A DNA stretch of 20,000 nucleotides, taken from IMG/VR virus record IMGVR_UViG_2775507275_000005; one strand, given 5' to 3'. The position numbers and the translations under genes are program-made. Each line of letters opens with the position of its first letter. The stretch's first letter is position 1. This DNA comes from an uncultured virus (IMG/VR IMGVR_UViG_2775507275_000005). Its lineage: Duplodnaviria > Heunggongvirae > Uroviricota > Caudoviricetes. Under the pieces are notes generated by a model. The model saw nothing but the letters and a program-made list of their open reading frames with translations. It was not told the origin of the DNA and ran no database searches. This document shows, piece after piece, positions 1-7,599 of the stretch.

Positions 1-639
1 AAAGACCCGGCCACCGGTCAGAAGCTGCTGCCGGACCCGGGTTTCAGCTCGAACCCCGGCGCGCAGTGGATGAAGCCATTCACACCGCCACCGTCCGACA
101 GCTTGCCGCGCACCTTCCCGTCCGGCGTCGAGCTGCCGACGGTGCCGACGCCGACCCCGGTGCCGGCGTCGACCATGCTGCCGGCCGGCCTTCCCCCGCA
201 GCAATACGCGCAGGCGTTCCTGCGGGAGTTCGGCCTGCAGCTCGGCGAGTCGACGGTATTCAAGGACGTCACGCGCTCGGCCGTCACGATCTCGGAGGAT
301 CTGTTCCAGGCCGGCGACGGAAGCTGGAAGGCGGACAAGGATGGGCGCGGCGCGTATATGTCGCTGCTCGCGCGGGCGATCCAGGAACCGGACGAGGTAT
401 GGCTGCGGTGGGAAGAGAGTCGCGCGCAGCCCGGGACGTGGTTGCTCAAACGGCGCTACATCAAGTCCTGGTTGATCGACGGCCAGGCTGGCGCGCAATA
501 CGGTCTGAGCGTCTTCGAGCTGGGCCAGGACGGCTGGGCCGGGTCGACGGCCATGATGGCGAACGTCGAGCGCGGCGAGGAAGCGCGCCGTCGCTATATA
601 GAGAAGCAGCGTGACGGTTTTCTGGCGTACCGCAAATAG
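1..639 (+). CDS. MuF (Mu gpF/SPP1 gp7-like) head morphogenesis protein, 5'-truncated by the window edge, with a C-terminal PBECR2-like (barnase/EndoU/colicin/RelE fold) putative nuclease domain
   Basis: Frame is open from base 1 (KDPATGQKLLPDPGFSSNPGAQWMKPF...). PDPGFSSNPG matches the DPGFxxNPG motif that ends MuF domains. A Pro-rich linker follows, then PDEVW...RRYIK...RDGFLAYRK, which resembles PBECR2 domains. Lies directly upstream of gpG, as in Mu. Confidence 0.8.
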   Translation, partial: KDPATGQKLLPDPGFSSNPGAQWMKPFTPPPSDSLPRTFPSGVELPTVPTPTPVPASTMLPAGLPPQQYAQAFLREFGLQLGESTVFKDVTRSAVTISEDLFQAGDGSWKADKDGRGAYMSLLARAIQEPDEVWLRWEESRAQPGTWLLKRRYIKSWLIDGQAGAQYGLSVFELGQDGWAGSTAMMANVERGEEARRRYIEKQRDGFLAYRK

Positions 640-669
640 AAAAGCCCGCGACGCCGACTCGTCGCGGGC
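638..669 (-). terminator. Intrinsic terminator oriented on the minus strand
   Basis: Perfect 10-bp stem GCCCGCGACG (644-653) / CGTCGCGGGC (660-669) with a 6-nt loop. Flanking AGAAAA (638-643) reads UUUUCU 3' of the stem on the minus strand; there is no U-tract on the plus side. Confidence 0.6.
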
Positions 670-726
670 CACCGTGCAGTTCCTTTGGTCGCGTCAGTCG
701 GAAGCTTGTGCGACTGCAATCGGTAT
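638..726 (-). ncRNA. Candidate ~90-nt antisense structured small RNA
   Basis: Minus-strand TATACT (738-733) with weak TCGACC 18 nt upstream. The predicted +1 (~726) lies at the base of a bulged 10-bp stem (724-713 pairing with 680-671), followed immediately by the terminator hairpin. Confidence 0.4.
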
Positions 727-742
727 GAACAGAGTATAGCCG

Positions 743-1327
743 ATGATTGAAACCCAGGTCGATGACACGCAGTACGAGGCGGCGATGGCGCGGGTGTACG
801 CGCTGATGCAGGATGCCTCGCCGATCACGTCGCTGATCGCCGCGCTGATGCTCGACGCAGTCGAAGAGAATTTCGCGCAACAGGGGCGGCCGAAGTGGCT
901 CGGGTTGAGTCCGAAGACGCTCAAGCGCCGCCGCGAGGAAGCCGGCACCGGCAAGATTCTGCAGCGCTCAGGCCGACTCGCGTCGAGCGTCACGTCGACG
1001 CACGACGCCACGTCCGCCCGCGTCGGCACTAATGTCGTATACGCGGCGATCCACCAGTTCGGCGGCACGATCCAGCGCCATCCCATGTCCGGCTACGTTA
1101 GATTGCGCAAGGGCCGCGACGGCATGATCATGCGCCAGGCGAACCACCCGCACCTGGCCGTGTTCGCGAAGAACGGCCACAAGCAGGTCAAGATCGTGAA
1201 ATGGACCCGTAGCCAGGGCTGGACGATCAAGATTCCGGCGCGTCCGGTCTTCGTGCTGACCGAGGCGGACAATATCGGGATCGAGTCGGAGGTTTCCGCC
1301 TACCTGCGCCGCCTATTCGATGCTTGA
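743..1327 (+). CDS. Phage virion morphogenesis protein (Mu gpG / tail-completion gpS family)
   Basis: Motifs GRPKWLGLSPKT, ILQRSGRLASS, VGTNVVYAAIHQFGG and IPARP; position between F and I. Confidence 0.9.
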   Translation: MIETQVDDTQYEAAMARVYALMQDASPITSLIAALMLDAVEENFAQQGRPKWLGLSPKTLKRRREEAGTGKILQRSGRLASSVTSTHDATSARVGTNVVYAAIHQFGGTIQRHPMSGYVRLRKGRDGMIMRQANHPHLAVFAKNGHKQVKIVKWTRSQGWTIKIPARPVFVLTEADNIGIESEVSAYLRRLFDA

Positions 1328-1593
1328 GTGGCGGCAAAAGGCCGAAATGGAAAATTAGGGCCTAGAAGCCGCTGGGATACTGTGGGGTTGCCGAGGTATA
1401 GGTCAGGACTGGCGAAGCCCGCCACGTTGTTTAACCCCCCCGTTAAAAACGATTTCTTATCGGGAGGGTGTTGAGAAAAACTGTTCGGGCTCGGGAAAAC
1501 CGAAAATCGCCAGTGCGAGATACGCCCGGCGCATGAGATTTTTTCCATGCGCGCAGTATAGCGGCCCCCTCGTGGCGGATGACGGCAGGCCCA
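1328..1593. other. G-I intergenic region; candidate strong gyrase site (SGS)-like element
   Basis: Longest gap in the + strand gene series; A/T-tract rich; palindrome TTTAAC-C6-GTTAAA (1430-1447). Mu's SGS lies between G and I. Confidence 0.4.
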
Positions 1594-1644
1594 ACTGACC
1601 TCTGCCAGCTCGTCAGGCCCGCTACTGGCCGCCACCATGGCGGC
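1594..1644 (+). promoter_or_regulatory. Putative activator-dependent late promoter (Mu PI analogue), leaderless
   Basis: ACTGACCTCnnnCAnCT starts 51 nt before the ATG at 1645; -10-like CACCAT (1633-1638) lies 6 nt before the ATG. Same architecture at 13789-13839. Confidence 0.65.
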
Positions 1645-2754
1645 ATGGCTACTTTCTTCATCGCGGCACTTTCCGCGCAAATCCAGTCCACCGGCACGAC
1701 GCTCAAGCTGCTGCCGGCCGGCGAGTTCCGTGCGCGGGACGGCCGGCCGACCCAATGCGCCGCGTGGCGGCTCGATGCGGCTGGCGCGGAACGCCTCATC
1801 GCGGCGGCCAGCGCGCGCCAGACCCGCTATGTGATCGACTATGAGCACCAGACGCTGAACTCGGCGACGAACGGCCAGCCCGCGCCGGCCGCTGCCTGGT
1901 TCAAGACGCTGGAATGGCGCGAAGGCGACGGTCTGTACGCGACCGACGTCAAATGGACCGCTCGCGCCTCCTTGATGCTCGACGCCGACGAATACGCCTA
2001 CATCTCTCCCGTGTTCGCCTTTGACAAGGCGGGCAACGTGACCGCGCTGCTCAATGCGGCGCTGACCAACGACCCCGCGCTCGACTGTCTCGACGAGGTG
2101 CAGCTCACGGCTGCCTGCTCGGCGGCGATGCACGCATTCGACTCCGCCGCGCACGCGGCGCTTTCCACTGTCCTACCTACCGAGGTTCCCAATATGGAAG
2201 AACTCCTGGAACAACTGCGCTGGCTGCTGAACATGCCGGTCGGCGCGACCGCCGATGACGTCACGGCCCAGCTCAAGAAGCTGATCGAATCGCTGTCCGG
2301 CGGCCAGGGCGTCGCGGCCGCGAGCGCCAACCTGCCGGCGTTGCTCGACGCGCAGCGCAGCCAGATCGCCACGCTCACGGCAAACCAGGCCGACCCGGCG
2401 CGCTTCGTGCCGATCGCGGTCATGACCGACCTGCGCACGCAGCTCGACGCGGCCAACGCGAAGCTCGCCGGCAACGAAGTCGAGGAACTGGTGACGGCCG
2501 CGCTGAAGAACGGCCGCCTGCTGCCTGCGCAGGAAGGCTGGGCGCGCGACCTGGGCAAGAGCAACGTCGCCGCGCTGAAGCAATTCATCTCGACCGCTCA
2601 GCCGATCCAAGCGCTCGGCGGCACGCAGACGGGCGGCAACCCGCCGGCCGACGACAGAACGGGCGCTGCCGCGCTGTCGGCCGAAGAACTCGCCGTGTGT
2701 AAGGCGCTCGGCCTCGACCCTGCGACCTACAAGACGTCGCAGCCGGCCGCCTGA
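1645..2754 (+). CDS. Mu-like prohead protease (gpI) with C-terminal scaffold region
   Basis: Motifs LLPAGEFRARDGRP, VIDYEHQTL, APAAAW, EYAYISPVF and AALTNDPALD. ATG 1645 is preferred over 1579 because of the promoter geometry. Confidence 0.92.
   Translation: MATFFIAALSAQIQSTGTTLKLLPAGEFRARDGRPTQCAAWRLDAAGAERLIAAASARQTRYVIDYEHQTLNSATNGQPAPAAAWFKTLEWREGDGLYATDVKWTARASLMLDADEYAYISPVFAFDKAGNVTALLNAALTNDPALDCLDEVQLTAACSAAMHAFDSAAHAALSTVLPTEVPNMEELLEQLRWLLNMPVGATADDVTAQLKKLIESLSGGQGVAAASANLPALLDAQRSQIATLTANQADPARFVPIAVMTDLRTQLDAANAKLAGNEVEELVTAALKNGRLLPAQEGWARDLGKSNVAALKQFISTAQPIQALGGTQTGGNPPADDRTGAAALSAEELAVCKALGLDPATYKTSQPAA
2194..2754 (+). CDS. Nested in-frame scaffolding protein (Mu gpZ analogue), 186 aa
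   Basis: SD GAGGT (2182-2186) preceded by a G-poor stretch; ATG 2194 is in frame with gpI; helical Ala/Leu-rich product (MEELLEQLRWLLNMP...). Mu Z is made the same way. Confidence 0.7.
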   Translation: MEELLEQLRWLLNMPVGATADDVTAQLKKLIESLSGGQGVAAASANLPALLDAQRSQIATLTANQADPARFVPIAVMTDLRTQLDAANAKLAGNEVEELVTAALKNGRLLPAQEGWARDLGKSNVAALKQFISTAQPIQALGGTQTGGNPPADDRTGAAALSAEELAVCKALGLDPATYKTSQPAA

Positions 2755-2796
2755 CGGTCGCGTGGCCGCTCGTTTCACTTCCACCAGGAGATTCAC

Positions 2797-3207
2797 ATGA
2801 CTGCATTGACTGCCGACCGCGACACCGTCCATCGCGCCGGCCTGCTGTTCAGCTACCCGGCCAAGAGCGGCGTGCTGTTCTTTGTCGGCGCGATCGCCGC
2901 GATCGACACGGCGACCGGCTTCGCGACCAAGGGCGCGGAATCGACCACGCTCAAGGGCGCGGGCATCGTCCAGGAGCAGATCGACAACACGGCCGGCGCG
3001 GACGGCGCGAAGACCGTGACGATCCGGCGCGGCCAGTGGCGTGTCGCGAATTCAGCCGGCGCTGATCAACTCACGCTGAAGGACATCGGCTCGACCGCGT
3101 ACATCGTCGACGACCAGACCGTCGCGAAGACGGACGGCGGCGGCAAGCGCTCGGTCGCCGGCACCGTGGTCGACATCGACCCGGGCGGCGTCTGGATAGC
3201 GTTCTAA
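2797..3207 (+). CDS. Probable head decoration/cement protein
   Basis: Strong SD (AGGAG); 136-aa Gly/Ala/Thr-rich, beta-type sequence ending GVWIAF; located between protease and capsid genes. Confidence 0.65.
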   Translation: MTALTADRDTVHRAGLLFSYPAKSGVLFFVGAIAAIDTATGFATKGAESTTLKGAGIVQEQIDNTAGADGAKTVTIRRGQWRVANSAGADQLTLKDIGSTAYIVDDQTVAKTDGGGKRSVAGTVVDIDPGGVWIAF

Positions 3208-3251
3208 CGCGATCCGCTACACCCCAATCGACTACTCCATAAGGAAAGCAC

Positions 3252-4145
3252 ATGGAAATCAACCGCGCCAACCTGCGCGCCCTGTTCACGGGATACAACA
3301 CCGTATTCCAGCAAGCCTTCGACGGCGCGCCGTCCGACTGGAATCGCGTGGCGATGCCAGTGCCGTCGACCACTTCGCAGGAAGTCTATCCGTGGCTCGG
3401 CCAGACCACACGCTTTCGCGAGTGGATCGGCGACCGTGTTCTTCAGAATCTGACGTCCCACGATTTCTCGATCAAGAACAAATCGTTTGAGAACACAGTC
3501 ACAGTCGGCCGCACCACGGTCGAGGACGATACCTACGGCATTTACAAGCCGGCTATGGCGCAGCTCGGCCTCGACGCGAAGCAGCATCCGGACGAGCTGG
3601 TGTTCGGCTTGCTCAAGCAAGGTGCGACGAAAACCTGCTACGACGGTCAATATTTTTTCGATACCGATCATCCGGTCGTGCAGGAAAACGGCACGGTCGG
3701 TTCCGTCTCGAACTTCAAGGCAGGCACTGGCCCGACCTGGTATTTGCTTGATATGACGCGCGTCGTCAAGCCGATCATCTTGCAGCAGCGCAAGCCGTAC
3801 AACTTCGTGGCTATGGACCAGGAAACCGACGAAGTCGTGTTCTCGGCGAACGCGCTCCGCTACGGCGTCGACGCACGTTGCAACGTCGGCTTCGCACTTT
3901 GGCAACTCGCGTATGCATCGCAGGACGAGCTGAACGAAGACAGCTACGAGGCCGCTCGCCAGGCAATGACCAGCATGAAGGGCGACAACGGCCGCCCGCT
4001 CGGCATCCGACCGTCGCTCCTGGTCGTGCCGCCGATGTATGAGGGGCGCGGCCGGAAGATCCTCAACGCCGATGCGAACAACTACGGCGCGACCAACGTC
4101 TGGAAGGGTTCGGCCGATCTATTGGCGACGCCCTGGCTGGCATAG
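3252..4145 (+). CDS. Mu-like major head subunit (gpT)
   Basis: Motifs YPWLGQ, REWIGDR, HPDELVFGLL, CYDGQYFFDTDHPV, KPIILQQRK, YGVDARCNVGFALWQLAY and LGIRPSLLVVPP; SD AAGGA. Confidence 0.96.
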   Translation: MEINRANLRALFTGYNTVFQQAFDGAPSDWNRVAMPVPSTTSQEVYPWLGQTTRFREWIGDRVLQNLTSHDFSIKNKSFENTVTVGRTTVEDDTYGIYKPAMAQLGLDAKQHPDELVFGLLKQGATKTCYDGQYFFDTDHPVVQENGTVGSVSNFKAGTGPTWYLLDMTRVVKPIILQQRKPYNFVAMDQETDEVVFSANALRYGVDARCNVGFALWQLAYASQDELNEDSYEAARQAMTSMKGDNGRPLGIRPSLLVVPPMYEGRGRKILNADANNYGATNVWKGSADLLATPWLA

Positions 4146-4273
4146 CAGGACACACCGGGATAACACCCCCGCGAGAGACGACCGCGCGACGCCGATAAGC
4201 GCGGAGGAAGACCGTCCCGGAGCTGCGGCGCAATGGTGGGCTCCGGTTGAGTTCGAATTCACAGGAGAGGTTC

Positions 4274-4828
4274 ATGAGCAAGAAACATCCGGCGATCAAG
4301 GTGGCGTCGGCCAAGGAAGGGTTTCGCCGCGCTGGCCATGTGTTCGGGATCGTGCCGAAAACGATCGCGCTGGCTGCGCTTCATCCGGACGCACACGCCG
4401 CAATCGTCGCCGACAAGTCCCTGGTCGTGGTCGACACGGCGATCCATCTCAGCGACGAAGAAGCGGCGGCGCTCCCGCACCACGACGCCGACCACGTGAT
4501 CGCCGCGCTCGCAAATGCAGACACGCTGACGCTCGACGTGAGCGAAGACGACGCGAAGCGTGCGCTGGCGCTGGCCGACATCGAAGCGGAGCTGGCGCAG
4601 CGCGAAGCGTCGATCAAGCTGCGCGAGGGCGATCTGAAGGCCGCCGAAGACGAATTCGAAGCTGCCGAAGCGGACCTGAAACGCCGCATTGCCGAATTCG
4701 ACGAGCGCCACGCGGGCCTCGTCACGCGCGAAAACGATCTGCTCGCGCGCATCCAGGCATTCGAGGCCGAGCAGGAAGCCGCGAAATCCGGCGGCAAGTC
4801 CACGCAGTCGGCCGGCAAGAAGAGCTAA
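4274..4828 (+). CDS. Mu gp35/HI1506-like protein with C-terminal coiled coil
   Basis: N-terminal EGFRRAGHVF motif; SD AGGAG/GAGG before ATG 4274; Glu/Ala-rich heptad region; position after gpT. Confidence 0.75.
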   Translation: MSKKHPAIKVASAKEGFRRAGHVFGIVPKTIALAALHPDAHAAIVADKSLVVVDTAIHLSDEEAAALPHHDADHVIAALANADTLTLDVSEDDAKRALALADIEAELAQREASIKLREGDLKAAEDEFEAAEADLKRRIAEFDERHAGLVTRENDLLARIQAFEAEQEAAKSGGKSTQSAGKKS

Positions 4829-4834
4829 CGCGCC

Positions 4835-5248
4835 ATGTACGCCACCGTCGAATTCATGATCGGTCGCTTCGGACAGCGCGAGGCGATCTCGCTGTCCGAT
4901 CGCGAACGCACCGGCGACGTGAACGCCGTCGTGCTGGCCGATGCGCTCGACGAGGCATCCGCCGAGATCGATACGTATCTGGCGGGCCGGTACGCGCTGC
5001 CGCTCGATCCGCAACCGAAGATGCTCGCGGGCGTGTGTTGCGACATCGCGCGCTATCGCCTGTGCGGCGGCGAAACCGTCATGACCGACGAAATCGACAA
5101 GCGTTACAAGGCCGCGATCGCATTCCTGAAGCTCGTCGCGACCGGCGACGTCACGCTCGGCTCGACGACGACGGGTTCGATTCCGCAACCCGACAACTCT
5201 GTCCAGTTCGTGACAGGCACGCGCGTGTTCGCTCGCGAGAACCGATAA
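4835..5248 (+). CDS. Head-tail adaptor (Mu gp36/DUF1320 family)
   Basis: MYAT, ASAEIDTYLAGRYALPL, CCDIARYRL and RYKAAIAFLKLVATG motifs. Confidence 0.9.
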   Translation: MYATVEFMIGRFGQREAISLSDRERTGDVNAVVLADALDEASAEIDTYLAGRYALPLDPQPKMLAGVCCDIARYRLCGGETVMTDEIDKRYKAAIAFLKLVATGDVTLGSTTTGSIPQPDNSVQFVTGTRVFARENR

Positions 5249-5252
5249 CGCC

Positions 5253-5921
5253 ATGCCCTACGTCCCGATCGTCACTGCAGTTGAGCTTGGCGTCGTCGAC
5301 CGCCTCACGCGCGGCCTCGGCAAGATGGTCGCCGAGGTCAAGACCTACGGCGGGGAATTCGACGACGAAGAATTGGACACCGTCGTGCGGCGCTTCCCGG
5401 CCGCGTGGGTGACGTTTGGCGGCGTGAAGCGCACCGATCCCGTCGCGACGAGTCGATCGAAGTGGAAGGCCGAGGCGACCTTCGTCGTGATGGTCGGCGC
5501 ACGCAGCGTTCGGAACGAAGAAACCAGTCGGCACGGCGGACCGGCGCAGATCGAGGTCGGCACGAACCTGCTGATCTCGGCCGTCCGCTACCTCCTGAAC
5601 GAGCAGGACATGGGCCTGCCGATCCGGCATTTCGCGCCGGGCGCGATTCGCACGCTGTTCAACACGAAGGTCCGTAACGACGCCATGTCGGTCTACGCGC
5701 TCGAATTTCATACCGCGTGGGTTGAAGACACGCTATTCGTCGGCGCGTTTCCGCAAGGCAGCGTCGAAGGTCCGCTCGGCGAGGTGTTCGAGCAATACGA
5801 CGGCCAGCTCGATCCACCGACGCCGGACTGGAAGTCGACGCTGCTGCGCTACTACCTGCAACCCGGCACCGATCGCCCCGCCGATGCGGTGGATCACATT
5901 GAGATGAAGGAGCAACCATGA
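5253..5921 (+). CDS. Mu gp37-like tail terminator/neck protein (DUF1834)
   Basis: VKTYGGEFD and FPAAWVTFGG motifs; synteny between gp36 and gp38. Confidence 0.8.
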   Translation: MPYVPIVTAVELGVVDRLTRGLGKMVAEVKTYGGEFDDEELDTVVRRFPAAWVTFGGVKRTDPVATSRSKWKAEATFVVMVGARSVRNEETSRHGGPAQIEVGTNLLISAVRYLLNEQDMGLPIRHFAPGAIRTLFNTKVRNDAMSVYALEFHTAWVEDTLFVGAFPQGSVEGPLGEVFEQYDGQLDPPTPDWKSTLLRYYLQPGTDRPADAVDHIEMKEQP

Positions 5922-6145
5922 AAGTGAAAGCCCGTTCCGGGTTGCGTGTCCCGAAGGAACACGCATCGCGCCAGTACATCACGGACGCTGAAGCCGTCGA
6001 TGTGCCGGATACCGCCTATTACCACCGCCGCGTCGCCGACGGCGATCTGGTTGTGGAAGCTGCGCCGGCCGTGGAGTCGAGCGTCGACGTCGCGCCGAGT
6101 CCCGCGGTTGAATCGAGTGCCAAAAAGGCCGCGAAAGGAACCTAA
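5918..6145 (+). CDS. Mu gp38-like small protein (DUF2635)
   Basis: MKVKARSGLRVPKE...YYHRRVADGDL; SD AAGGAG; ATGA overlap with the upstream stop. Confidence 0.85.
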   Translation: MKVKARSGLRVPKEHASRQYITDAEAVDVPDTAYYHRRVADGDLVVEAAPAVESSVDVAPSPAVESSAKKAAKGT

Positions 6146-6148
6146 CTG

Positions 6149-7570
6149 ATGGCAAGCCAAAACATCGCTTTCGATACGATCCCGTCGGGCATCCGCAAGC
6201 CGGGCAAGTACTTCGAATACAACACGAAACTCGCCGTGCGTACGCTGCCGGCGAACGACCAGACCGTGATCATCGTCGGGCAGCGTACCGCTGACGGCAC
6301 TGTCCCGGCGCTGAAGCCGGTCGATGTGTTCTCCGGCGACCAGGCGGCGCTGTACTTCGGCGCAGGCTCGCTCGCGCACATCGCGGCCGTCGCGGCGATC
6401 ACGGCGAACAAATACGTCAGCCTGACGGTCATCGCCGTCGACGACGCGCAGGCCGGCCAACCGGCCAAGGGATCGGTGGAGTTCAAGGGGCCAGCGACGG
6501 CCGATGGCGCGTTCGCGCTGATCATCGGCAACACCCGGGTCGACATCGCCGTGTACGCGACCGACACGGAAACGGCGATTGCCACGCGTCTCGCGGCTCA
6601 GATCGCGCAGAAGACGGCGCTGCCGGTCACGGCGGATTCGGTCAACGGCAAGGTGACGTTGACGACGAAGAACAAGGGCGCGTTCGGCAATGACATGGTC
6701 CTGTCGCAGCTCAACCAGGCAGCCGGCGTCACGGCGACGATCACGGCGTTCACGGGCGGCCTGAACGATCCCGACATCGCCCTGGCGCTCGCGGCCGTGT
6801 ACGGCGCGAAGTACAACGTGTATGTGACGTGCTGGCCGACGAAGGAATCACTGACGAAGCTGCGCACGCACCTGGACAGCATCTCGGGGCCGCTCGAACA
6901 GCGTCCGGCAGTGAGCGTCGCTGGCACGCCCGCGACGCTCGCCACCGCGACCACGCTGGCCGGCGACCTCGACGCGGGCCGGATCACGATCGGCTGGCAC
7001 CCGGGTTCGGTGTGCTTGCCGGCCGAGATCGCCGCCGCCTATGCGGCTGTCATTGCCAGCGAGACGGACCCGGCGCGGCCGCTGAACACGCTCGCGCTGA
7101 CCGGCCTCGACGTGACGCCGATCCCGTCGCAGCCCGGGCGCACCGAGCAGGAGAAGGCGCTGCACAACGGCGTGACGCCGTTCGAGATCGGCCCGGGCAA
7201 CGCTGTGCAGATCGTCCGGTCGATCACGACGTACACGAAAGATGCGCAGGGCATCGACGATCCAGCGCTGCTCGACATCACGACGATCCGCACGCTCGAC
7301 TACGTTCGCAAAGCGTGTCAGCAGCGTATTGCGCTGCGGTTCCCGCGCGAGAAGCTGTCGGAGAAGACGCCGCCGAAGGTGCGTAGCGAACTGCTCGACG
7401 TGCTCTACAAGCTGGAAGAGCTGGAAATCATCGAGAACGTCGACGCGAACAAGGACAAGCTGATCGTCGAGCGCGATCTGCAGGACGTCAACCAGCTCAA
7501 TGCTGCGATCCCGTGCGACGTCGTGAACGGGTTGCACGTGTTCGCCGGCCGGATCGACCTGATCCTGTAA
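6149..7570 (+). CDS. Contractile tail sheath protein (Mu gpL)
   Basis: IAFDTIPSGIRKPGKYFEYN start; DPARPLNTLAL, LHNGVTP, RSITTY and DVVNGLHVFA motifs; 473 aa. Confidence 0.95.
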   Translation: MASQNIAFDTIPSGIRKPGKYFEYNTKLAVRTLPANDQTVIIVGQRTADGTVPALKPVDVFSGDQAALYFGAGSLAHIAAVAAITANKYVSLTVIAVDDAQAGQPAKGSVEFKGPATADGAFALIIGNTRVDIAVYATDTETAIATRLAAQIAQKTALPVTADSVNGKVTLTTKNKGAFGNDMVLSQLNQAAGVTATITAFTGGLNDPDIALALAAVYGAKYNVYVTCWPTKESLTKLRTHLDSISGPLEQRPAVSVAGTPATLATATTLAGDLDAGRITIGWHPGSVCLPAEIAAAYAAVIASETDPARPLNTLALTGLDVTPIPSQPGRTEQEKALHNGVTPFEIGPGNAVQIVRSITTYTKDAQGIDDPALLDITTIRTLDYVRKACQQRIALRFPREKLSEKTPPKVRSELLDVLYKLEELEIIENVDANKDKLIVERDLQDVNQLNAAIPCDVVNGLHVFAGRIDLIL

Positions 7571-7599
7571 CACCCTTCGCAACACTATAGGAGCCAGCC

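Noticed and set aside
671..724. Hammerhead-like words on the minus strand (GUC...CUGACG...GAAC)
   Set aside because: The core does not match CUGANGA/GAAA and stem I cannot form.
1410..1433. Hairpin TGGCG/CGCCA followed by a T-rich run, as a terminator after gpG
   Set aside because: The 5-bp stem and interrupted U-tract are too weak to call.
1579..1644. Upstream starts from the ORF track (1579, 4247, 10664, 12647, 13809, 15215, 17313)
   Set aside because: Downstream starts fit SDs, stop-start overlaps, promoter geometry and family N-termini better.
4155..4220. Twister ribozyme resemblance (UAACAC...GCGGAGG)
   Set aside because: Lacks the P4 loop and pseudoknot partners (GUCCCAAGC-like segment).
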